A stretch of 64,000 nucleotides of DNA from Candidatus Altimarinota bacterium (lineage in GTDB: Bacteria; Patescibacteriota; Gracilibacteria; CAIRYL01): the NCBI GenBank assembly GCA_965250085.1, contig OZ252287.1:960001-1024000 (forward strand), read 5' to 3'. A model generated the notes under the pieces. The model saw only the letters and a program-made list of their open reading frames with translations. It was not told where the DNA came from and searched no databases. This document shows, one piece after another, positions 1 to 8,867 of this stretch. Position numbers and translations under genes: made by a program. Within the stretch, counting starts at the first letter, position 1. Every line of letters starts with the position of its first letter.

Positions 1-374
1 AAGCAAATGATGGACAAGAAATTTTTCTCAGTTTCGAAACGTCAAACAACAGGCTTATTGCTCTTTTGAGACTTCGGATTCCTTCTTGGTTTTTTCCAGA
101 AAAAAATCCAGGAAAGCCAATTTTTACATCTTTGAAGAGTTGTGCGCTTATTAGAGAATTGCATACCTATGGAGAACTAACTCCTATTGCTCAGAAGAAG
201 GGCACTTCACAGCATCGTGGATGGGGAAAAAAACTCCTCAAGGAAGCAGAACGGATCGTGCGAGAAGAATTTGGTATTCCCCAAGTGGCAGTTATCTCTG
301 GCATCGGCACCAAAGAATACTATCGGAAACGAGGATACCATGACGAAGCGACCTATATGATTAAATCGCTTTGA
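1..374 (+). CDS. elp3: Elp3-family tRNA U34 acetyltransferase (radical SAM/GNAT), C-terminal part; begins upstream of window
   Basis: Frame open from position 3 (ANDGQEIFLSFE...LLRLR); GNAT motifs IRELHTYG, QHRGWGKKLL, VISGIGTKEYYRKRGY. Confidence 0.9.
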   Translation, partial: ANDGQEIFLSFETSNNRLIALLRLRIPSWFFPEKNPGKPIFTSLKSCALIRELHTYGELTPIAQKKGTSQHRGWGKKLLKEAERIVREEFGIPQVAVISGIGTKEYYRKRGYHDEATYMIKSL

Positions 375-377
375 TTT

Positions 378-698
378 TTAAGCAGCCTTCCTCTTTTCTT
401 CATTGTTAAGAAAACTGGTGATTCGACCTACCGTTTTTCTAAGAATAGGAGGATGAGAATCTTTTCCAGGGAGACTCAATAGCGACTCGATTTCATGAAG
501 ATAATTTGAAAGAAGTGCAGCAATAATATCCGTTTCAGAGCTCTCCAAATTTATTCGCTGCAAATCTTTACGAGAAAGACGGATGCCACAAGTATTACCC
601 AATTGACACTCATTATTAATATACGATTGAGTACGAGTAGCGCCTCCTGACCTTGCTAAATCTTCTTGAATGCATTGCTTGATATCAGGCGATGGCAT
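378..698 (-). CDS. Orphan hypothetical protein (~106 aa)
   Basis: ORF with ATG at 698 and its own sigma70-like promoter upstream; no family recognised. Confidence 0.6.
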   Translation of the reverse strand: MPSPDIKQCIQEDLARSGGATRTQSYINNECQLGNTCGIRLSRKDLQRINLESSETDIIAALLSNYLHEIESLLSLPGKDSHPPILRKTVGRITSFLNNEEKRKAA

Positions 699-730
699 AA
701 ATAAAATAAACAAATATTAAAAACAAAGCA

Positions 731-759
731 ATTTTAACAATAATAAAAATATATTGCAA
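731..759 (-). promoter_or_regulatory. Sigma70-like promoter TTGCAA-N17-TAAAAT for the 378..698 gene
   Basis: Near-consensus hexamers with 17-nt spacer read on minus strand. Confidence 0.5.
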
Positions 760-867
760 TAAAAAAGCGAATGTACGAACAGTTGAATATTTAGAATTAA
801 TATTCCATTTTTGTCAAATATGTGTCATAATAGAGAGAAGAAAAATAAATGAATTCTTCCCTTTTCT

Positions 868-1752
868 ATGCCACAGATCTTTACATGGACAGCAGCGGTC
901 TTTTACGCCATTTTGCCAGCTATTTTTTGGCTCATCATATGGTACAAAAAAGATTCTCTCCAGCCGGAACCAAAAACTATGATTTTGAGAGCTTTTTTCT
1001 TAGGAATGCTGGGAGTACTTCCCTTTTTTGGTATTCAGTTCATGCTTCAAGACAGCTCACACCTTATTTCACTTTGGGAAATTCTTCAGACAAAATACTT
1101 TCTCCTTTCTACCTTTTTCTTTGTGCTGGTATTGGCGGGGCTAGAAGAATTTTTTAAACATTTTTCAGTGGTCTGTATGGGGCGAAAGCTCGATATATAT
1201 TTTGATCAGATTGTAGATGGCATTGTATATTCTGTATCTGCAGCACTGGGATTTGCTTTTATGGAAAATGTTGTGTATTTCGCCAATGCACTCATGCTTG
1301 ATGGTATCTCTCCCTCTTTTCTGAGAATCTTTATTTTTAGAAGTTTTGGAACAATGCTGGGCCATACTATCTTCTCCGGTATTTTTGGGTATTTCTGGGG
1401 ACACGCTCGACTTTCACACACTGTATGCAAAAAAGAACGAAGAATGCACTTTCCTCATTGGCACAATGCACTTCAGACCCTCGAACTCCATATTATTTTT
1501 CACCACATCCTCCACCATCATTCCACAAAAACACACCATCATCGCAGGAGAGATCTTGTCCGAGAAGCCTTTTTCCTCGCGACCTTTGTGCACACAGTCT
1601 TCAATCTTCTCATTATTTTTGAAATCTTTGGCACTACGCTTACACCGCTGATAGCCCCCTTTCTCCTTTTGGGATTTCTCTATCTTTCCCATCAATTTTT
1701 GATCAAGCAAAATATCAAGATTTGGAAGATTCCAAAGCCCAAAAGAGTATAA
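868..1752 (+). CDS. prsW: PrsW-family intramembrane glutamic protease with His-rich loop
   Basis: D...PEP motif, LEEFFK, DGIVYSVSAALGFAFMENVVY, GHTIFSG, HTVFN; multiple TM segments. Confidence 0.85.
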   Translation: MPQIFTWTAAVFYAILPAIFWLIIWYKKDSLQPEPKTMILRAFFLGMLGVLPFFGIQFMLQDSSHLISLWEILQTKYFLLSTFFFVLVLAGLEEFFKHFSVVCMGRKLDIYFDQIVDGIVYSVSAALGFAFMENVVYFANALMLDGISPSFLRIFIFRSFGTMLGHTIFSGIFGYFWGHARLSHTVCKKERRMHFPHWHNALQTLELHIIFHHILHHHSTKTHHHRRRDLVREAFFLATFVHTVFNLLIIFEIFGTTLTPLIAPFLLLGFLYLSHQFLIKQNIKIWKIPKPKRV

Positions 1753-1770
1753 TACTTTTTGTAAGAACAT

Positions 1771-2151
1771 ATGGCAGACAATCAGACGACATCGGCAGGA
1801 GTTGTCATTCCAGATGACGCGAAGCAAAAATACCCAAAACTCGTAGAATTCATTCTGCAGAGTGAATCAATGAATACAGAAGAGCGGAACTACTGGCTTC
1901 AGGTTCTCCCAGTGATGACTCCAGAGCAAGTAAAAGAGCTCGAAGATATTCTTACAAATGAAAAGAAAAAGCTGGCGGCTATAGATGAAAAATATTCTGT
2001 AAAAAAAGCGGAAGAACCAGCAATTGATATCGAAGAAATAGAAAAGAAGCGAAAAAAAGCCAGAGAAGCAAGACGGACAAAAGAAGAACAAAACAAAGTA
2101 ACTGATGAAAAAACAGCAGAAGCACTTTTAGAACAATTGGAGAGTCTATAA
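1771..2151 (+). CDS. Hypothetical protein, small helical domain plus charged coiled-coil tail
   Basis: 126-aa ORF directly after prsW; shares a motif with 28731..29042. Confidence 0.75.
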   Translation: MADNQTTSAGVVIPDDAKQKYPKLVEFILQSESMNTEERNYWLQVLPVMTPEQVKELEDILTNEKKKLAAIDEKYSVKKAEEPAIDIEEIEKKRKKAREARRTKEEQNKVTDEKTAEALLEQLESL

Positions 2152-2229
2152 GAAGCAGTAGACAAAAATATATTTTAGTCTTGTGTAAAACATGATCGAA
2201 TGTATACTCAAGACGTATTTTAAAAGAAT

Positions 2230-2763
2230 ATGACTGAAATTGCCATATCCCCAGAGTCCGATATTTCTGGATCAGCAAGAGACAATTCTGAATCAGTAGA
2301 AAGAAAATCAAGACTACAGATAGCGAGGAATCTTATCTCGAGCACAAATCAACTTGTAGCCGACACTAAAATCCCACCAATAGAAGGTGCTGTGTCGGAA
2401 AATTTGACAGAACAGGAGGAAGTCATTAGAAGGGCAGTCAATCGCTTTCATTGTGCGTTTGCGGTATTTCTCGGTTCCATGCCCTTTTTCCTAAAAGATT
2501 TCATCGCTTCATCAGGACCTGATGAAGTGACAATGGGAATAATAGCGGCAGCTGCAAGTGGAATAGCCTTGGAGGTTGCAATGATTCTTCAAAAGAGACA
2601 AAAAAGCAACATTAAGGATCAATTTAGAGATATAGCGCCAATCGTAAGGAAAAAATTACAAGAACTTAATGTGAGTATGACTTTGCCAGAGGCAATCCGA
2701 TGCCAGATAGAACAATTGACAGAGCAAACAGAGTCTTTGACAGAGGAGAGATACACGTGCTAA
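2230..2763 (+). CDS. Orphan hypothetical membrane protein (two hydrophobic segments)
   Basis: 177-aa ORF; candidate promoter TTGTGT-N16-TATACT at 2181..2208. Confidence 0.65.
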   Translation: MTEIAISPESDISGSARDNSESVERKSRLQIARNLISSTNQLVADTKIPPIEGAVSENLTEQEEVIRRAVNRFHCAFAVFLGSMPFFLKDFIASSGPDEVTMGIIAAAASGIALEVAMILQKRQKSNIKDQFRDIAPIVRKKLQELNVSMTLPEAIRCQIEQLTEQTESLTEERYTC

Positions 2764-2791
2764 CTCTTTTCAAAAAGATCACATCATAAGA

Positions 2792-3454
2792 TTATATGAG
2801 AGAAATTATACTTCCATTTCTTTTTGAGTCCCCATTTCTGTGGCTCCAAAATCTTTGTTGTGAGTCACTGTGAGTACAAAATGCAGGCATTTCAATATTG
2901 CTTGCAGCTACGCCATTTTCTAAAAGCTCCTTTTTTGCTATCTGCCAGAGATCAATTTGATTTTTTTGATGTATAAAGGGATGAAAAAACTCGGGAGTTT
3001 CTTTTTGAGGATTTGTAAACTCCGGAAGATGAATGCTGGGAGAAAGGGCAAGGACAATGTTATGAGGGTGTACAAAATATCTTTTTTGCAAAACGCCAAT
3101 TGTTTTAGTAAATATTTTTTGAGCTAAGCCACGCCAGCCGGCATGGACAGCAGCTATTACCTCTGTTTTTGGGTCATACATAAGAGCTGCCATGCAGTCA
3201 GCAACTTTTACCAAAAGCGGCAGATTTTTTTCAGTCGTAATAAGGGCATCGGTGTTCTCATTTTTTCCAGAAACATCGACTCTTTGGACACTATCGCCAT
3301 GGGCTTGTTTCATAAAAGCAGGAGCAGGAAGATCAAGCTTTTTCCAATCAGAAATATTGTCATTTTCATCTTCCAAAAAGTTGAGTGGCTTCCCACAAAA
3401 CCGGACAAAGACTTTGTCTAAAAATGGCTGAAAGATTTGAGGAGATATCATCAT
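2792..3454 (-). CDS. pgeF: PgeF/YfiH (multi-copper oxidase-like) family protein
   Basis: QAHG, DALIT, VADC, AAVHAGWRG, LSPSI, FWSHR motifs. Confidence 0.88.
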   Translation of the reverse strand: MMISPQIFQPFLDKVFVRFCGKPLNFLEDENDNISDWKKLDLPAPAFMKQAHGDSVQRVDVSGKNENTDALITTEKNLPLLVKVADCMAALMYDPKTEVIAAVHAGWRGLAQKIFTKTIGVLQKRYFVHPHNIVLALSPSIHLPEFTNPQKETPEFFHPFIHQKNQIDLWQIAKKELLENGVAASNIEMPAFCTHSDSQQRFWSHRNGDSKRNGSIISLI

Positions 3455-4245
3455 TTTTTGTATTCTTCAAAAAGAACCTTTGGAAAAATATTGAGCATTT
3501 CTTCTGCAGAAAAGGAGGACTGCTTTTTTGCAAGGATTTCACCACACCTGCCCCAAAGACATGCACCCGATACACATGCATCAAGAGCAGGTATTCCTTG
3601 GGCAACAAAACCAGCCACGATACCGGCAAGAGCATCGCCAGTACCACCAATGCTCATTTGAGGCACTCCAGTTGTGTTGTGAACATCTTTCCCACTTGGG
3701 TGGGCGATGATATCCATCGGGCCTTTTTTTAAAATTATACAATTATATTTTTGGGCCATTGATGCGATATTTGCCTCGCCTGCCTCTCCTCCAAATATTC
3801 TTTCAAATTCTCCTGCATGAGGTGTCAATATCCACTGAGATGTTTTTGGTATTTGCAAAATTTCTAAAATCAGAGCGTCAGCATCAATGACCACCGGGAC
3901 TGATACTTGAGAGAGAAATTGTATAATAGCAGAATGTGTTTCCGGATGCTTCCCCAGTCCGTTTCCAATGACAAAAACATCAGAGTCCGTTTTTAAAATA
4001 GAAGGTAAATCCTTCTGAGTAAAATGCGAATCCTGGAATTCATGGAGAACAAAATTAAGACCCGCCTTTTCCACAGCTTTTCGATGCTCAGAAGGAAATG
4101 CCACAAAAACAAGGTCTACTCCACTTTTTTCCGCACCAAGCGCGGTAAGAATAGGCGCTCCATAAAAATGCTCACTTCCTCCAATGACATAAACTCTGCC
4201 ATTTTGCCCTTTGTGCGATGATGACTTTCGAACAGGGAGTTTCAT
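3451..4245 (-). CDS. nnrD: ADP-dependent NAD(P)H-hydrate dehydratase (stand-alone YjeF_C)
   Basis: HKGQNGRVYVIGGS..YGAP, IGNGLG, VIDADAL, LTPHAGEF, GGTGDALAG. Confidence 0.92.
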   Translation of the reverse strand: MKLPVRKSSSHKGQNGRVYVIGGSEHFYGAPILTALGAEKSGVDLVFVAFPSEHRKAVEKAGLNFVLHEFQDSHFTQKDLPSILKTDSDVFVIGNGLGKHPETHSAIIQFLSQVSVPVVIDADALILEILQIPKTSQWILTPHAGEFERIFGGEAGEANIASMAQKYNCIILKKGPMDIIAHPSGKDVHNTTGVPQMSIGGTGDALAGIVAGFVAQGIPALDACVSGACLWGRCGEILAKKQSSFSAEEMLNIFPKVLFEEYKK

Positions 4246-4284
4246 GACCTAGAGTGTGTCATATTTTATGTACTCCGAAAAGGA

Positions 4285-4313
4285 TTGCCAAGTGCTAAAA
4301 ACAGTAACATAAT
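4285..4313 (+). promoter_or_regulatory. Sigma70-like promoter TTGCCA-N17-CATAAT
   Basis: 17-nt spacer, about 33 nt upstream of ATG 4346. Confidence 0.55.
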
Positions 4314-4345
4314 ATCGCCATTTTAAATCAATTTTCGTAATACAC

Positions 4346-4768
4346 ATGGGAAAAAGAAGACTTCTGAGGGTCTCTCATTGCACTGAAGTGGATGATATCT
4401 TTGAAACAGAAGAGGGAATGCATGCTGTTGAAAGAGTGACAAAAAGTTTTTTCCGTTCGTCAAATAATGATCGAAAAGAGAGTGGAGAAGGTATCAAAAA
4501 TAAAAAATGCCAATATATCACGGGTTCTATCATGCAAGCCGCCTATTTACGAGATATGGATACATTATGGAAATGGGAAGATGATCCCGTTGGACGTCAA
4601 AATCTAAGAGAACTATTAGATAAATTGCCTGAATTGAAGCAGTATGTATTAGACGCCAGCCGATTTTCAAGATCCCATTCTCATCAAGAAAGTATGGACT
4701 TTATAAAGCTATTAGATAAAGCTTCGAATAAAATAAAAAAAGCTATTGTGGCTGTCCTTTGTAGTTGA
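4346..4768 (+). CDS. Orphan hypothetical protein (140 aa)
   Basis: ORF with its own promoter; no family recognised. Confidence 0.65.
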   Translation: MGKRRLLRVSHCTEVDDIFETEEGMHAVERVTKSFFRSSNNDRKESGEGIKNKKCQYITGSIMQAAYLRDMDTLWKWEDDPVGRQNLRELLDKLPELKQYVLDASRFSRSHSHQESMDFIKLLDKASNKIKKAIVAVLCS

Positions 4769-4823
4769 AAAATAATTTGATAATTTATCAATAATAACTT
4801 TTAATACGCTAGACTTTTAAATC

Positions 4824-5865
4824 CCCGCATTCTGTGGTGAAGTGCACCACTTGGGATAAAAAGATATTAGAGATTGTTATAGAAGTCAAAGACATGGGTG
4901 GGAGTTCTAAAGCCGAGAACTTTCATGGGAGTGTTGTTAAGAGTATCAACAAAGGATTGTAACTGGTTTTGAGAGAAATTCTTGAGGTCAGCTTTCTTAG
5001 GGACAAATTTTCTAAGTTTTCCAATGGCGTTTTCTACAGAGCCTTTTTGCCAAGAAGAGTAGGGGTCACAAAAATAAATAGGGATTCTTAAGTCTTTATA
5101 TCTGGTGTTTTCTACACCGTTGTCCAAGGTAAGTGAGTATGCAGGGAGTTGGTGCAGAATGTCTCCAAATCCCTGCATGGATTCTCTGAGCCGAGACACC
5201 TTCTTCACGAATATTTTACGAGAGAGTCGTTCTCTAACGATGACAAGAGTTTGTGGGGAAGCTTTCTTGGGTCTGCCCATGGTATCTCCTTCGTAGTGTC
5301 CAAATCTTTTCTTCTGGTTGATATGCTGAGGTCTTTGGGCAATAAACACTCTATCTTTGATGATTTCATGCTTTGATTTCTTCTTTCTCCGTTTACGCTT
5401 CCTATATCTCTTGCGATAAAGAAGAGGACATAGGTCTTGTCCGTGTGCACTGTAGAGATATGTATAGATGGCATCTTTCCCAATACGAACTCTCTTCTCC
5501 AAGTACAGTACTCCTGCAATCTTCTCTGGTGACCATTTTAACAACATCTTTTCTCGCATATACTTCTCTATCTCATCATCCTCACGTACCTTCATTCCTT
5601 GGTATTTACTAAATCTTCTTTTGTTCTGTGCTTTTTGATGAGCCTTACACGCATCGTATCCTCCTCTCTTCATCTTCCGCTTGAGCTCTCTGCTGATTGT
5701 AGAGTGACTCCTGTTCATCGCTTTGGCTATCGATCTCATCGAATACCCTTTGGAGTGGAGTATTAAGAGTTCTTGTCTCTCGCTCTTACTGAAGTGTTCA
5801 TAGTTGTTCATGCACCTAGAGTATTAAATTCTTCCGAGGTGGTGCACTTCAAACTCGAATTGAGG
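4824..5865 (-). mobile_element. IS30-family insertion sequence, 1042 bp, with imperfect ~27-bp IRs and 3-bp TSD ATC
   Basis: One end cccgcattctgtggTGAAGTGCACCAC (4824-4850), other end reverse-complemented cctcaattcgagttTGAAGTGCACCAC (5865-5839); ATC at 4821-4823 and 5866-5868. Confidence 0.88.
4867..5811 (-). CDS. IS30-family DDE transposase
   Basis: N-terminal HTH (SMRSIAKAMNRSHSTISRELKR), WSPEKIAG, YEGDT, TLDNGVE, PYSSWQKGSVEN, PMKVLGFRTP. Confidence 0.95.
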   Translation of the reverse strand: MNNYEHFSKSERQELLILHSKGYSMRSIAKAMNRSHSTISRELKRKMKRGGYDACKAHQKAQNKRRFSKYQGMKVREDDEIEKYMREKMLLKWSPEKIAGVLYLEKRVRIGKDAIYTYLYSAHGQDLCPLLYRKRYRKRKRRKKKSKHEIIKDRVFIAQRPQHINQKKRFGHYEGDTMGRPKKASPQTLVIVRERLSRKIFVKKVSRLRESMQGFGDILHQLPAYSLTLDNGVENTRYKDLRIPIYFCDPYSSWQKGSVENAIGKLRKFVPKKADLKNFSQNQLQSFVDTLNNTPMKVLGFRTPTHVFDFYNNL

Positions 5866-5884
5866 ATCCATTTCATCTGAAACC

Positions 5885-6034
5885 ATGCAACCAATGGATA
5901 AACTCTTCGGACCTGACGATAGACCGGTAGATCAAAAAGAAAATTTGATCCAAGAATTGTACACGAGATTCTCTCAAAAGTTATCAAAAATAACACGAAG
6001 CACCAAAGACAAAATAGCGCGATTTTTGCATTAA
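5885..6034 (+). CDS. Small orphan protein, 49 aa (below ORF-track cutoff): MQPMDKLFGPDDRPVDQKENLIQELYTRFSQKLSKITRSTKDKIARFLH
   Basis: ATG 5885 to TAA 6034 translated by hand; candidate promoter TTGATA-N17-TTTAAT (4777-4805) lies on the other side of the IS. Confidence 0.5.
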   Translation: MQPMDKLFGPDDRPVDQKENLIQELYTRFSQKLSKITRSTKDKIARFLH

Positions 6035-6139
6035 GCTCTCCGTCAAGAAGGTTCTTGTGATGAAAAAGAAGAATCTCAAAAATGAGAAGAAGAAAAATCC
6101 ATTTTCTTCTTCCTCAGAACATGCAAAACTACTATCCGC

Positions 6140-7261
6140 ATGAATTTTGAACCACCCAAAAAACGATTACCAATATGGCTTGTTTTTTTGGCGCTCCTTA
6201 TCATCTTCCCGTTCTTAGGAAGATTATTCCCACTCCTCATTCTTTTTTGGCTTTTTTCCAAGACAAAGTTGTATGATGTGTGGAAAAAAAAATTTACAGA
6301 AGCGCAAAAACGGGGGTTCGACATTTCTCGCTTTCAAAACAAGGCTTCTTCTGTGCCTTCTGAAAAATCAGCTCAAAGTTCGCCTTTTTCATCATCTTTT
6401 TCTTCTCCCATGAATGATTTTCGTCTTCAACCAAAGCATATCTTTGGCGCCATAGGAACACTCCTTCTTGCATTTCTTATCATTGATGGATTTTACAATG
6501 TCCCCCCGGGGCATGTGGGAGTGATTTATGATCGAGGAAGGGGGGTCCTCGACGAAGAAAGGCCAGAAGGACTCCATGTTAAAGTTCCTTTTTGGCAGGT
6601 GGCAACCATCATGGATACGAGGCTTCAGGCCTATACAATGAGCATTGCTACACATGAAGGACAAAGATCCGGAGATGATTCTATAGAAGCACTCACCAAA
6701 GACGGACAAAAGGTAGATATTGATGTTACGATTCAATATCGGATTCAGGGAAAAAAAGCCTCTGATATTTTCCAAACAGTAGGACTCGACTATGAAATCA
6801 AGATCATTCGTCCAGAAGTACGAAGCGTGATTCGTGAAGTTGTGACAGGATATGAATCCAAACAGCTTTTTAATTTGGAGTCGAGACAAGAAGCCTCCAG
6901 TCAAATGGAAGTCAAGCTTTCTGAGCAATACAGAGGCAACGATATTATTTTAGATGCACTGCTTTTGAGGAATGTACGATTTTCTGATGTATACCTCAAT
7001 GCAATTGAAGAAAAACAAGTGGCACAACAGAAGATAGAAAAAGCAGAATTTGAACGCCAGGAAGCAGAGATCATTAAGGAAAAAGTAATCATCGAAGCCC
7101 AGGCAGAATCTGAATCTATCAGGCTCAAGGGAGAAGCGCTTTCTCGTAATCCGGAAGTTATTCAACTCGAATTTGTAAACAAAATGTCCGACCAGGTCAA
7201 TTGGGGCATACTTCCAGATGGAGTATTGCCACTACTGGATTTGAAAAATTTACAAAATTAG
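6140..7261 (+). CDS. SPFH/band 7 (prohibitin-like) membrane protein with N-terminal extension
   Basis: VPPGHVGVI, EGLHVKVPFWQ, TKDGQKVDIDVTIQYRI, AIEEKQVAQQ..EKAEF, IEAQAE. Confidence 0.92.
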   Translation: MNFEPPKKRLPIWLVFLALLIIFPFLGRLFPLLILFWLFSKTKLYDVWKKKFTEAQKRGFDISRFQNKASSVPSEKSAQSSPFSSSFSSPMNDFRLQPKHIFGAIGTLLLAFLIIDGFYNVPPGHVGVIYDRGRGVLDEERPEGLHVKVPFWQVATIMDTRLQAYTMSIATHEGQRSGDDSIEALTKDGQKVDIDVTIQYRIQGKKASDIFQTVGLDYEIKIIRPEVRSVIREVVTGYESKQLFNLESRQEASSQMEVKLSEQYRGNDIILDALLLRNVRFSDVYLNAIEEKQVAQQKIEKAEFERQEAEIIKEKVIIEAQAESESIRLKGEALSRNPEVIQLEFVNKMSDQVNWGILPDGVLPLLDLKNLQN

Positions 7262-7428
7262 TCGTTAACTACGAGTCTTTCACTTTCTTCAATGAGAGCG
7301 ATGAAATGAATGTTCTCATCAAGAAATTGATGACAAACGACAAACGACTGACAACTGACGACAGATGACTTTTCCGGTATCATCCTTCTGAAGCTACTAT
7401 ATATTAATCTCTCTTACACCCACACCCT

Positions 7429-7980
7429 ATGCGCGTTGCACTTTTTATCGATGGCTCCAATATTTTTTATACCGAAAAGACACTCGGGTGGAAAATTGAC
7501 TTCTTTAAAGTGTATAAATACTTTGATTCAAAATTTGCTGTCTACAACGCATTTTACTACACCGCCGAACCAGAAGAAGAGGAAATACGGAAAAAATATC
7601 AAGAATACAGTCTGGCGAGTTACACTATGAGGCTCAAAAAAACGAAGGAAATTCGTGACAGTCGCGGCAAAATTGTCGCCAGAAAGGCCAATCTTGATAT
7701 CGAAATGGTGTTGGATATGTTTAATGCCAAGGACAACTATGATCTTGCTGTTCTCTTTACGGGAGACTCTGATTTTATGAGACCAGTAGAACTTCTCAGA
7801 ACCCATGGGAAGCAGGTGTTTGTTTTCTCGACCAAAGGACACTCCTCTGTGGAGCTGATCAATGCTGCTGATAAGTTTTTTGATTTCACACAGACAAAGA
7901 AAATGTTTGCTGAAACTGAAGAAAAACCGAAAGCAACTGCCAAGAGAACGAAAAAATCCACAGGGGCGAAAAAGAAATGA
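7429..7980 (+). CDS. NYN domain (LabA/DUF88, PIN-fold) protein
   Basis: FIDGSNI, KANLDIEMVLD, LFTGDSDF..PVELLR..GK.V, ELINAAD.F. Confidence 0.92.
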   Translation: MRVALFIDGSNIFYTEKTLGWKIDFFKVYKYFDSKFAVYNAFYYTAEPEEEEIRKKYQEYSLASYTMRLKKTKEIRDSRGKIVARKANLDIEMVLDMFNAKDNYDLAVLFTGDSDFMRPVELLRTHGKQVFVFSTKGHSSVELINAADKFFDFTQTKKMFAETEEKPKATAKRTKKSTGAKKK

Positions 7981-8006
7981 GAATATGAATACAGCTCTTA
8001 GTCTTT

Positions 8007-8060
8007 AGCAATAAGCAATAAGCAATAAGCAATAAGTACTCAGTACTCAGTACTCAGTAC
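8007..8060. repeat. Tandem heptamer repeats (AGCAATA)x4 followed by (AGTACTC)x3.7
   Basis: Counted directly from the sequence. Confidence 0.9.
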
Positions 8061-8151
8061 CTCATGCGTAATTCCCCGAAGAGAATTTTTTTTACAATTT
8101 TACATTTAAAATTTAAAATTTTCTCGATACAATCCTTGTACTTAATTTCTC

Positions 8152-8177
8152 ATTCGTAATTCATAATTCGTAATTCG
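8152..8177. repeat. Heptamer repeat ATTCRTA x3.7 immediately before the V-ATPase D start
   Basis: attcgta attcata attcgta attcg. Confidence 0.8.
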
Positions 8178-8181
8178 CTAT

Positions 8182-8853
8182 ATGGCAATTCTCAAAGTAA
8201 ATCCAACGCGAGTGAATCTTCTTTCACTCAAAAAGCAAATAAAAACTGCTTCTCGGGGCCATAAGCTTCTCAAAGACAAGCGTGATGGACTGATGAAAAA
8301 ATTTATGGAGATTATTCGTGAGGCTCGAGAACTCAGGCATCAGGTAGAGGAGCAAATGGGAGAGGCCTTTAATCTATTCCTCTTTGCCAGTAGTGCGATG
8401 CCCAAGCATGCCATTGAAAACGCACTGCTTTCTCCCACTACAAAAGTAGACTTGAGTGTTTCCACAAAGAATGTAATGAGTGTCCATATCCCCGAATTTG
8501 ATGTGGAGTTTTCTGGAGATACGCTCACGTATTCTGCAGTAAATACTTCCGGAAATCTCGATCTGGCACTTCTGAAATTTCAAGAAATTTTTCCGCATCT
8601 TCTCAAGCTCGCAGCAGTAGAAAAAGCGGCCGAAGCACTGGCCGATGAGATTGAAAAAACCAGACGTCGAGTAAATGCACTCGAACACATTATGATCCCA
8701 AATCTCAAAGATACGGTAAAATACATCGTCATGAAACTGGAAGAACAGGCGCGGGATGCACTGGTAGGGGTGATGAGGATAAAATCTATGATCGAAGAAA
8801 AAGAAAAAATCGCGCGGAGAAAAAAGAAGTCAGAAGCGATGGCGATGGCATAA
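8182..8853 (+). CDS. ntpD: V/A-type ATP synthase subunit D
   Basis: VNPTRVNL..LK, RGHKLLKDKRDGL, EIEKTRRRVNALEH.MIP. Confidence 0.95.
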   Translation: MAILKVNPTRVNLLSLKKQIKTASRGHKLLKDKRDGLMKKFMEIIREARELRHQVEEQMGEAFNLFLFASSAMPKHAIENALLSPTTKVDLSVSTKNVMSVHIPEFDVEFSGDTLTYSAVNTSGNLDLALLKFQEIFPHLLKLAAVEKAAEALADEIEKTRRRVNALEHIMIPNLKDTVKYIVMKLEEQARDALVGVMRIKSMIEEKEKIARRKKKSEAMAMA

Positions 8854-8867
8854 TTCTCCCTCTTCAT

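Noticed and set aside
8007-8060. Possible CRISPR array
   Set aside because: Contiguous 7-mers with no spacers; no repeat-spacer array or cas genes seen in the window
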